Source: Alphaproteobacteria bacterium (lineage in GTDB: Bacteria; Pseudomonadota; Alphaproteobacteria; UBA828). From it: DNA of 64,000 nucleotides. Of the stretch, positions 31,514 through 39,823 are shown one piece after another (position 1 is the first letter of the stretch; each line of letters opens with the position of its first letter). A program made the translations under genes and the position numbers. The stretch lies in assembly GCA_965214705.1 (NCBI GenBank), contig CBDCCI010000002.1, positions 448,001 to 512,000 on the forward strand. Direction: 5' to 3'. The notes below the pieces were generated by a model. It was not told the origin of the DNA. It saw nothing but the letters and a program-made list of their open reading frames with translations, and ran no database searches.

Positions 31514-32172
31514 ATGTCGCTGGGACAGACACTAACCAGATTCTTGAACTCCCTTCAAGGCGATCTCTTCCCGTGGCTTGAGGAGGAGCTCGGGCCACTC
31601 GGCGAGAGGTATCGGCGCTTCGTCACTGTGCTTGAGTTTGCGCGGGTCGAGAGCTTCCTTCCCCATTTTCATGGCCTGCCCGGTCGGCCGGTCGAGGACC
31701 GTGCGGCGCTGGCGCGCGCCTTCATCGCCAAGGCGGTGTTCGACGTACCCACGACACGCGCGCTGATCGAGCGCCTTGAGGTCGACAAGACGTTGCGCCG
31801 ATTGTGCGGCTGGAACTATGCCGGAGAAGTGCCGAGCGAGGCGACCTTTTCACGGGCCTTCGCCGAGTTCTCCGAGAGTGCCCTGCCCGCACGCCTGCAC
31901 GAGGCGCTGATCAAGCAGACCCTCGGCGACCACTTGGTGGGGCATGTCTCGCGCGATTCGACGGCGGTCGAGGCGCGCGAGAAGCCTCAGCGCAAACGCA
32001 AGAAGGAGAAGCCGAAGCGCAAGCGCGGTCGCCCGCGCAAGGGTGAGGAGCGGCCCAAGGAGCAGCGCCGCGTGGAGCGCCAGCTCGACATGACCCTGCC
32101 GCAGATGCTCGACGATCTGCCCAGAGCCTGCGATGTCGGCACCAAGCGAAACGCCAAGGGCCACACCACGTC
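31514..32172 (+). pseudogene. DDE transposase, N-terminal half
   Basis: PSEATFSRAF, SRDSTAVE, GTKRNAKGHTTS; continues in frame at 61276. Confidence 0.9.
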
Positions 32173-32291
32173 ACGCACCTGCGGTGCTAACTATCTGACA
32201 AAGGGTCGTTTTCTCTCCTCCACATTGTTGCATCCGGACGGATCCGTCAACTCCCGGTTCCCTGGCTGCAACCGAAACCGGGAGAGGGGAG

Positions 32292-33416
32292 ATGCCCAGA
32301 ACCCACCTTACGGACGCCCGCGTCCGCGCGCTCAAGCCCCGCAAGACCGCATACGACATTCGCGACGGCAAGCTCAGGGGGGTCGGCCTCCGCGTGCTGC
32401 CCTCAGGCGCCAAGCGCTTCTTCGTCCACTGCCAGCATCGTGGCGAGCGCGTCTGGAAGATCATAGGCGATGCCGCCACCATGGATGTCCGCGAGGCGCG
32501 ATCGCGCGCGGTGGCCATGCTCGCCGCGATCCGTCTGGGCGAGGACCCGCCACGCGATCCCGCCGAGACTCGCTTCGAGGCCATCGCCGAGGCCGCGTTC
32601 GAGCGCCGCAGCCGGCTTTGGAAGGCGGGAACGCTGGCGGTGAACCGGGGCTACCTGCGAAGACAGATACTCCCGCACTTCGCGGGACGGCAGATCGCCG
32701 ACATCGACAGCCGGGACGTCGCCAACTGGTTCGCCTCGCTGCGCGCCACCCCGGTCGCCGCAGACCGGTCCATGCCGGTGCTCTCCGTCATCATGCGCGA
32801 GGCCGAGGCGATGAGGCTCAGGCCCGAGGGCTCGAACCCGTGCAAGGGCATCCGGCGCTACCGCCGCAAGGGGCGCGAGCGCTTCCTGTCGGACGATGAG
32901 ATCCGCCGCTTGTCGGCGGCACTCACGGCCCTTGAGGGGCTGCATCCAGAGCAGGTCGCGGTCGTGCGCCTCCTCCTGCTGACCGGATGCCGGAAGGGCG
33001 AAATCCTGACGCTGCGCTGGTCCGACTACCGAGAGGGGCGCCTGTTCCTCCGTGACTCGAAGACGGGCCCCCGAACCGTCTGGCTGTCCGAGCCGGCCAG
33101 GAACATTCTCGACGCCCTGGAGCGAAAGGACCGCTGGGTGTTTCCCTCGTGCCGGACGGCAGGCCCGCAGGGCAACAACTGGCTGGACCGGTTCTGGTGG
33201 AAGCTCCGCGCCGAGGCGGAGCTGGAGGACGTTCGTCTCCACGACCTCCGCCACACCCATGCCAGCATCGCCCTGCGCGAGGGAGAGACCGTGCTCGCCA
33301 TCGGCCGGCTGCTCGGCCATGCCAGCCCGGAGACGACCCTCAAGTACACGCACCTCAGCGACGCCATGACGATGGAAGCCGCCGAAATCGTCGGCGCCGT
33401 GCTGGAAGGAAACTGA
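32292..33416 (+). CDS. Tyrosine recombinase/integrase (pair 2, first gene)
   Basis: Catalytic R, HxxR, H and Y motifs. Confidence 0.92.
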   Translation: MPRTHLTDARVRALKPRKTAYDIRDGKLRGVGLRVLPSGAKRFFVHCQHRGERVWKIIGDAATMDVREARSRAVAMLAAIRLGEDPPRDPAETRFEAIAEAAFERRSRLWKAGTLAVNRGYLRRQILPHFAGRQIADIDSRDVANWFASLRATPVAADRSMPVLSVIMREAEAMRLRPEGSNPCKGIRRYRRKGRERFLSDDEIRRLSAALTALEGLHPEQVAVVRLLLLTGCRKGEILTLRWSDYREGRLFLRDSKTGPRTVWLSEPARNILDALERKDRWVFPSCRTAGPQGNNWLDRFWWKLRAEAELEDVRLHDLRHTHASIALREGETVLAIGRLLGHASPETTLKYTHLSDAMTMEAAEIVGAVLEGN

Positions 33417-33419
33417 TCG

Positions 33420-34565
33420 ATGGCCGGCAGGGAACGCATGCGGCTGACCGACGCCTCCGTCGAACGCCTCCGTCCGCGAGAACGGGAATTCACCGTCTGG
33501 GACGACCGCACCCCCGGTCTCGGGGTCCGGGTCCGGCCCGGCGGCGGGAAGAGCTATGTGTGGTTGCAGCGATCCGGCGGGCGCTCGAAACGCATCTCCC
33601 TGGGTCCGGTGTCGCTCAGGACCGTCGCAGAGGCTCGCCGGGATTGCCTCGCGCGGCAGCTCGCCCCGGAGCCCGACAGGGAGAGCGTGCCCAGGCGCCG
33701 CGCCCCCTCGTTCCGGGAGTTCGTCGAGGGCGAGTGGAAGGACGCGCATTTCCAGCGCTACAAGCCCTCCACGAAAAAGGGGCACCGCTCACTCCTTGCG
33801 AGGCAGCTGTTGCCGAAGTTCGGGTCGATCCCGCTCGACCGCATTGCCTCCACGCGGGTCAGGCGGTGGTTCGAGGCGTATAGCCGGACCGCTCCCGGCA
33901 ATGCCAATCACAGCCTCGACGTCCTCCGCCAGATCATGAACTTCGCCATCGCGCGCGGCCATGCCGATGCCAACCCGACCGCAGGCATCCAGCCCAACCG
34001 CCGGCCGGAGCTCACACGCTTCCTCTCCCGCGAGGAGATCGCCCGTCTCCACAGGGCGCTCAACGGGCAAGCCGGACGGAGGAACCGCCAGCAGGCCGAC
34101 GTGATCCGGCTCCTGCTGCTGACCGGCTGCCGCAGGGGCGAGATCGTGCGCCTGCGCTGGTCCGAGGTCCAGGGCGACACGCTCATGTTGGCCGACAGCA
34201 AGACCGGTCCCCGGAAGGTCCCTCTCAATTCGCAGGCCCGGCGCATTCTCGAACGGCAGCCTCGGGGAGAGAGTCCGTTCGTGTTTCCGTCGCCGCGCGA
34301 TCCGTCCCGGCCGCGCCACCCCGACCTCAACCTTTGGTACCGGGTCCGGAAGGAAGCCGGCATCGACGATGTGCGCCTCCACGACCTCCGGCACACCGTG
34401 GCCAGCCAGGCGGTGATGAACGGCGTTCCGGTGCCGGTGGTGTCCCGGCTGCTCGGCCACTCCAATGTCCGAATGACCCTGCGCTACGCTCACCTCGGAG
34501 ACCGCGATATCGAACGGGCCGCCGAGAGGGTGGGTCAGGCCATCGCCAGGAGAATGGAGCGGTAG
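33420..34565 (+). CDS. Tyrosine recombinase/integrase (pair 2, second gene)
   Basis: Catalytic R, HxxR, H and Y motifs. Confidence 0.92.
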   Translation: MAGRERMRLTDASVERLRPREREFTVWDDRTPGLGVRVRPGGGKSYVWLQRSGGRSKRISLGPVSLRTVAEARRDCLARQLAPEPDRESVPRRRAPSFREFVEGEWKDAHFQRYKPSTKKGHRSLLARQLLPKFGSIPLDRIASTRVRRWFEAYSRTAPGNANHSLDVLRQIMNFAIARGHADANPTAGIQPNRRPELTRFLSREEIARLHRALNGQAGRRNRQQADVIRLLLLTGCRRGEIVRLRWSEVQGDTLMLADSKTGPRKVPLNSQARRILERQPRGESPFVFPSPRDPSRPRHPDLNLWYRVRKEAGIDDVRLHDLRHTVASQAVMNGVPVPVVSRLLGHSNVRMTLRYAHLGDRDIERAAERVGQAIARRMER

Positions 34566-34699
34566 CCTCAGACCTCACGCCCGGCAAGATCGCGATCGGG
34601 ATCGGGCGCAGCGTAGATCCGTTCGCCGATCACGAACTCGTGCAAGTGGGGGAGCAACGGCAACGGTCGGACGTGGTGAAACATGTCCGAGGGAGGGAG

Positions 34700-35009
34700 T
34701 GCTCCGCGGCCGTTTTCTCCAGAGCCAGACGCCATCGGTGATGTCTGTGCGCGCACCGTGCATTGCCCGGCCTTCGCCACCGTGCAGGGCATGATCCGCC
34801 TCGCCGACGACCATGGTGGCGATCGCCTCGACGCACTCTGCGCCGAGGCCCTCGACCTCAACCGCCTCGCCTCGGGCTTCCTCAGGGAGCGCGTCAAGAA
34901 CGGCGGCGAGCCCGATCCGCCGCGCCCCGAGCACGACGAGACCATCCCCAGCCACGGCAACATCCGCGGTGGCGACTACTACGGCAACAACGGAGGAGCG
35001 ACACCATGA
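34700..35009 (+). pseudogene. istA: IS21 IstA C-terminal fragment
   Basis: HGNIRGGDYY C-terminal signature; stop overlaps the istB start (ATGA). Confidence 0.8.
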
Positions 35010-35791
35010 CGCTGCGACAACCCAACATCGACCGCCTGCTGCAGCTCGGTCTCAGCGGCATGGCCGAGGCCCTGGAGGAACAGCGCGACATCGCCGACGT
35101 CGACCAGCTCGGCTTCAACGACCGCCTCGCCCTGATGATCGAGCGCGAGGCCGAACACCGCGATCACAAAAGCTATCTCGGCCACCTGCGCCAAGCCCAG
35201 TTGCGCATCCGCGCCGACATTCAGGACGTCGACTGCCGCGCGGGGCGCGGCATCGCCCGGACCACGCTCACCCAGCTCGCCGCCGGCGACTGGATCCGCC
35301 AGGGCCACAATCTGATTCTGGGTGGGCCAACCGGGTCGGGAAAGACGTTCGTCGCTTGCGCGCTCGCCCACCAGGCCTGCCGCCAGCACCAGTCCGTCCT
35401 CTATCGCCGCGTGCCTGAGCTGGTCGCCGCCCTCATCCGCGCCCGCGACAAGGGCACGCTCGAGCGCCTGATGGGCCGCCTGGGCAGGGTCTCCCTGCTG
35501 GTGCTCGACGACTGGGGCCTCCAGGGCTTCTCCGCCGAGGGCCGGCGCGACCTGCTGGAGATCGTCGAGCAGCGCCACGGACGCAAGTCCATCCTCATCG
35601 CCAGCCAGATCCCCGTAGACGGCTGGCCGAAGGTGATCGGCGAGCCGACGATCGCGGACGCGGTCCTCGACCGCATCGTCCACAGATACCATGAGCCGGT
35701 TGCTTCGACTCGACTTCGAGTGGTTCGAGGCACCCGGAGAGAAGGCCCCCACCTTCTCTCCGGGAGGAACCGTCAACAACGGAGTGGACGA

Positions 35792-36988
35792 ATGTCAGAC
35801 TATCCAAGCACGACCGCGCTGACAGGCGCGAGGCATAGCACGGTTTACGTTGCTGTGGAGATCAGTCTCAAATCGTGGATTGTGGGAATGCATTGCCCGG
35901 ACGCTTCGGGCGGCTGCATCAGCATCCACAAGCTGGCCACTGCGGACACGGCCGGACTGGTTGAGCTTGCTGGGTCGGTGCGGGAGCGGGTGGCGAGGGA
36001 GCTGGGTGCGCGTCCGCGAGTGATGCTGACCTACGAGGCGGGCTACGAGGGGTTCTGGCTGGCCCGGGACATCGAGCGCCGAGACGCGGAGATCGAAATC
36101 TTCATGAACGATCCGGCGAGCCTGCAGGTGAACCGCCGCGCCAAGAGGAAGAAGACCGATCGGATCGACACGAGGAAGATGCTTCGCGCCCTGAAGGCGT
36201 GGGACCAGGGCGATTCGGAGGCCATGTCCTGGGTACGAGTGCCGGCAGTGGACCGGGAGGACGACAAGCGCCTGCTGCGCGAGAGGGAGACGTTGATCGT
36301 TGAGCGCACGCGCCTCAACAATCGGATCAGGGGGCTGTTGATGCTGCACGGCATCTTCGACCTGGCGCCGCGCCGAGCGGACTTCCTGGATCGGCTTGCA
36401 GCCGCGCGGACCGGCTATGGAGCGCCTTTGCCGCCGCGGGCGCGGGCCGAGATCGAGAGGGCGGTCGCGGTGCTTCGTCTGGTTGAGGCTCATATCGACA
36501 CGATCGAGGCCGAGAAGAAGGCCCTGCTGAAGGCCGGCCGGAAAGCCGTGGACGCGCCGAACCGGGACGGGACGGCGGTGATCGCGGCGCTCACGCGGAT
36601 CCACGGCATCGGCCTCAACGATGCGACGCTGCTGGCCGGCGAGGTGTTTTATCGGGACTTCCGCAATCGGCGCGAGCTGGGCAGTTGGGCCGGCTTGACA
36701 TCGGTACCGTGGGCGAGCGGCGGGGTCGATCACGATCTCGGCATCAGCAAGGCCGGCCCCTCGCACATCAGGAAGCACATGATCCAGATGTCGTGGCGCT
36801 GGTTGAAGCTGCAACCGGAAAGCGGGATCACGAAGTGGTTCCATGCCTATGTCGCCAGAGCTGCCAATGGTGGCAGGGACAAGCGCGCCAGGAAGCGCGC
36901 GATCGTCGGCGTCGCGCGCAAGCTTCTGATCGCGCTGTGGCGCTACGCCACCCAGGGGCTGGTGCCGGAGGGCGCCATCGTCTCGTGA
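35792..36988 (+). CDS. IS110-family recombinase
   Basis: VEISLKSW, YEAGYEGFWL, KTDRID, WASG. Confidence 0.92.
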   Translation: MSDYPSTTALTGARHSTVYVAVEISLKSWIVGMHCPDASGGCISIHKLATADTAGLVELAGSVRERVARELGARPRVMLTYEAGYEGFWLARDIERRDAEIEIFMNDPASLQVNRRAKRKKTDRIDTRKMLRALKAWDQGDSEAMSWVRVPAVDREDDKRLLRERETLIVERTRLNNRIRGLLMLHGIFDLAPRRADFLDRLAAARTGYGAPLPPRARAEIERAVAVLRLVEAHIDTIEAEKKALLKAGRKAVDAPNRDGTAVIAALTRIHGIGLNDATLLAGEVFYRDFRNRRELGSWAGLTSVPWASGGVDHDLGISKAGPSHIRKHMIQMSWRWLKLQPESGITKWFHAYVARAANGGRDKRARKRAIVGVARKLLIALWRYATQGLVPEGAIVS

Positions 36989-37330
36989 CGGCGTTGGCCG
37001 AACGAGAAGGAGACAACACGAGGTTCCGACGCGGTCGGACGCGACCGCGGAGGATGCCGGGCAAGGCGTGTGACCGAATAGGCGTTGGGTTGCCGAATGG
37101 CACCGTTCCATAGATGGGTCCCGCCTCCCGGAACGTCGCGACCGCCTGGATGCGGTATTGGGGTCGCGGAGCCGGCGAGAGCCGGAGCTCCGAACCGGAT
37201 AAGAGTTGAGCAGCGTGACGAGCCGCTGCGTGGAAAAGACGTTCTGCCTGGACATCGGCCGCGGATGCGAGTGGGGAGATCACGAATGCCATTCACGTAA
37301 ATGAAGTCGGGCCTTGCAGAGAGAGCTCAT
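36989..37330 (+). ncRNA. Putative bridge/seek RNA
   Basis: NCR contains ATAGGCGTTG (37078-37087), the reverse complement of the reconstructed target CAACGCCTAT. Confidence 0.75.
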
Positions 37331-37680
37331 AAGACGCCTATCGCATCGAGCTCAAGGGAGAGTCCCAGCGCAAGCGCAACAAGCCCCCGCCACTCGACGG
37401 CGGCGGCAACAGAGCCCCGGCCTGACGGCCGGGGTCCATGGGCGCCTGCGGCGCCTTCCGGGTTGCGAGGCCGGTGGCGCGCGGCGGCATGCTGTGTGTG
37501 AGAGCTTGCCGCCGCGCCCCGCCGGCCGTTTGCATGCCCAAGAGGCCTCGCATACGCTCGGCTCGGGCTGGCCAAAGGCCAGCCCCCCGACATCACCAAG
37601 GGGAGGGTCACACCGCCAAATCCGGGAGAGACAGCGCGCTGGCGCGCGCCTGCGCCACGGTCAAGTGTTGCCAGAATCCC

Positions 37681-37726
37681 GGTCAAATAAAATCAGAATC
37701 GGCGGTCAAATAAACCGGAATCCGCA
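37681..37726 (+). repeat. IS21 right end
   Basis: Two GGTCAAATAAA-N-GAATC repeats terminating in CA. Confidence 0.75.
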
Positions 37727-37835
37727 GGAGAATGCCGTTCGCTCTTCATGGCGTCTGATCCTGCCCGCCGGGGCTTGCTCTGGCGCCGGATTTCATGCAA
37801 TGGCTTGGAGCGGCAGAAGCGAAGGTAGGTTCGAA

Positions 37836-38450
37836 ATGGAAAAGGTGTTCATCTATTGGGACAATTCGAACATCTTCATCAGCGCTCAAGAAGTCGCGAG
37901 CGAACGGGAAGGGGTAGAGACCCGTTACAGAGTGCGCGTCCAATTCCGAAACCTGCTGGAACTGGCGCGGGCCGGCCGCGATGTCGAGCGGGCGATCGCC
38001 GTCGGTTCCATTCCCCCGGAGTTGCGGCACGTCTGGAACCGATTGGAAAATGAAGGTGTCACCGTTCAGTTGCTGGAACGCGGCGCGATGGAGCGCCGAG
38101 AGCAGGGCGTCGACCAAACCCTGCAAACTGCGATGCTGCGCGATGCGTTCGACTACAACGGATCGCCGGGAATCGCGGTCATGCTCACCGGCGACGGCAG
38201 CGGCTTTCATGACGGCGTCGGTTTTCATGCCGACCTGGAGCGCATGCACAGTCGAGGATGGCGCATCGAAGTGCTGTCGTGGCGACATAGCTGCAACCGC
38301 CGGATGCGGGAATGGGCGGAGCAGAATGGCCGGTTTGTCGCCCTGGATGACTATTACGAGAGCGTAACCTTCCTTGAACCGCCGCCGCCGGGCCAGCCCA
38401 TCGCCGACCCGCGCCATGCGGTTCCGGTCAACCTGGACGACCGCTTGTGA
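37836..38450 (+). CDS. NYN-domain (PIN-like) putative ribonuclease
   Basis: IYWDNSN, EQGVD and LTGDG acidic motifs. Confidence 0.8.
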   Translation: MEKVFIYWDNSNIFISAQEVASEREGVETRYRVRVQFRNLLELARAGRDVERAIAVGSIPPELRHVWNRLENEGVTVQLLERGAMERREQGVDQTLQTAMLRDAFDYNGSPGIAVMLTGDGSGFHDGVGFHADLERMHSRGWRIEVLSWRHSCNRRMREWAEQNGRFVALDDYYESVTFLEPPPPGQPIADPRHAVPVNLDDRL

Positions 38451-38559
38451 TCCGGCCCTGCGTCTGCATGGCTCGCGCCGCGCGTTCGCGTCGGAGTTGG
38501 TGACGGGCGGCGAAACCGCGGGTGCTGAAGGGTGTCGGGGTTGATGAGCCGCCGGTTCG

Positions 38560-38790
38560 AGACCCAGCCGGCGGCGAAGCGGAGTTTGACCCTCCCGCCA
38601 ACGACCTCGACATAGCGCTCGAGCGTCTTCAGCGATGGCACATGACCGGGGCCACGGTGTGCTGGTTCATCTTCATCCCTTTGGCCACTTCGCTCTGGGT
38701 CAACCCAGCCGTGACACGCGCCTTGATGAGTTCCCGACGCCGGCTTGAACTCGGGTTTCGGAGCGTCGGTGCCGGTGGCATCATATTGCC
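38560..38790 (-). pseudogene. XRE/HTH regulator remnant, divergent from cas6
   Basis: LIKARVTAGLTQSEVA and, in another frame, PSLKTLERYVEVVG. Confidence 0.65.
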
Positions 38791-38836
38791 GGAACCGGAC
38801 GGAGCGGCCGTCCGCCTGACGATAAAGGCCCATGGT

Positions 38837-39478
38837 ATGAACGGGACGCTCGATGTTTTCTTTCGCGTCATTGGCGCGGAAGCGCCTGCCGACCATGGCT
38901 ACGCGCTGTTCGGCGCGATCTCCCGCATTCTGGAGACGGAGGACGACCGCTGGATGCACGGCAACCCGCATGTCGGCCTCCACACTATCCGCGGCGCGAA
39001 TCTGGGGAACGGCCGGCGCTTGATTGGCTCCGGCGCGCGCTTCGGCCTGCGCCTGCCGTCAGAGCTGTTGCCCCGTTCTCTGAAGTTGGCCGGAAAATGC
39101 ATCGACCTTGATGGTTGCAAGCTGCGCGTCGGCGTCGGCGAGATCCGAGCCTTGGTCCCAGCGGCAACGCTGCACTGCCGAATAGCGACCACCAAGAACG
39201 GTGACGATCCCGCTCGCTTTGACGGCCAGATCGCCCGGCAGCGCGCCTCTCTCGGCATTCGCGGCAATGTCATGCGCGCGCCGGAGAGTGCCGCGCGAAG
39301 CGACAGACGCGACCCGAGTCGCCGCATCCTCCGCGTGAAGGGCAAGCGGATCGTCGGTCATGCCCTCCTCGCGACGGAACTGACGACCGAGGAGTCTATC
39401 CTGCTTCAGAAACGCGGCCTCGGTGGCCGGCGGCGGATGGGATGCGGGGTGTTCGTGCCGGTGACTGGGAGGCCTTGA
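38837..39478 (+). CDS. cas6: Cas6, MYXAN type
   Basis: PADHGYALFGAI, C-terminal GLGGRRRMGCGVF. Confidence 0.92.
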   Translation: MNGTLDVFFRVIGAEAPADHGYALFGAISRILETEDDRWMHGNPHVGLHTIRGANLGNGRRLIGSGARFGLRLPSELLPRSLKLAGKCIDLDGCKLRVGVGEIRALVPAATLHCRIATTKNGDDPARFDGQIARQRASLGIRGNVMRAPESAARSDRRDPSRRILRVKGKRIVGHALLATELTTEESILLQKRGLGGRRRMGCGVFVPVTGRP

Positions 39479-39540
39479 CAATTGAGGCATCGGGCTGTAG
39501 TTGGTGGCTCGTCCATGCCACTAACACTATAAGGGAACAA
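39475..39540 (+). promoter_or_regulatory. Putative promoter/RBS region containing the mini-array target
   Basis: TTGACA at 39475, TATAAG at 39528, AAGGGA before ATG 39542; the -35/-10 pairing is not canonical. Confidence 0.5.
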
Positions 39541-39541
39541 G

Positions 39542-39730
39542 ATGATGCTTGGACGCAGTTGGGTACAGGTGTCTCACCGGAAATGTGTCTATGAGGAGTG
39601 GTGCGAGGAGACGGTGAGGGAGTGGTCCGAGCAACCAGAATGGCGCGGGCCGCAGAGGCCAGTCAGGAAGGCCGACGCCCTGTTAACCGTAAGACCACGA
39701 GCACCTCATGATCTTGAGACTGAGGAGTGA
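39542..39730 (+). CDS. Small orphan ORF (62 aa), candidate CRISPR-repressed toxin
   Basis: RBS-like AAGGGA; stop codon lies inside pseudo-repeat 1. Confidence 0.45.
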   Translation: MMLGRSWVQVSHRKCVYEEWCEETVREWSEQPEWRGPQRPVRKADALLTVRPRAPHDLETEE

Positions 39731-39823
39731 TGCCGAAAGGCGTTTTGCACGTGTTCGTGGCATGGGTGGTCTGATGTTGCCTGACTCCTTCAACCAGTGA
39801 TGCCGAAAGGCGTTCGCGAGCAT
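39726..39823 (+). CRISPR. Degenerate one-spacer mini-array (CreA/CreR-like)
   Basis: AGTGATGCCGAAAGGCGTTTTGCAC and CAGTGATGCCGAAAGGCGTTCGCGAGCA resemble the 3' part of the main repeat. Confidence 0.85.

Larger units (their letters stand above)
35685..37333 (+). mobile_element. Complete IS1111-group (IS110 family) element, no TSD
   Basis: Sub-terminal IRs ATGAGC and GCTCAT, 6 and 3 nt from the ends; precise removal restores the istB frame. Confidence 0.88.
35006..37425 (+). pseudogene. istB: IS21 IstB ATPase interrupted by IS1111 (parts 35006-35684 and 37334-37425)
   Basis: GPTGSGKT, LDDWG; removing the IS restores DRIVH-N-AYRIELKGESQRK. Confidence 0.9.

Noticed and set aside
31433-32899. 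488-aa ORF as an intact transposase
   Set aside because: After 32172 it runs off-frame through the inserted element; the true C-terminus is at 61276-61747
34763-36988. 741-aa apparent IstB-IS110 fusion protein
   Set aside because: Chance in-frame read-through caused by IS1111 insertion into istB; the istB tail is at 37334-37425
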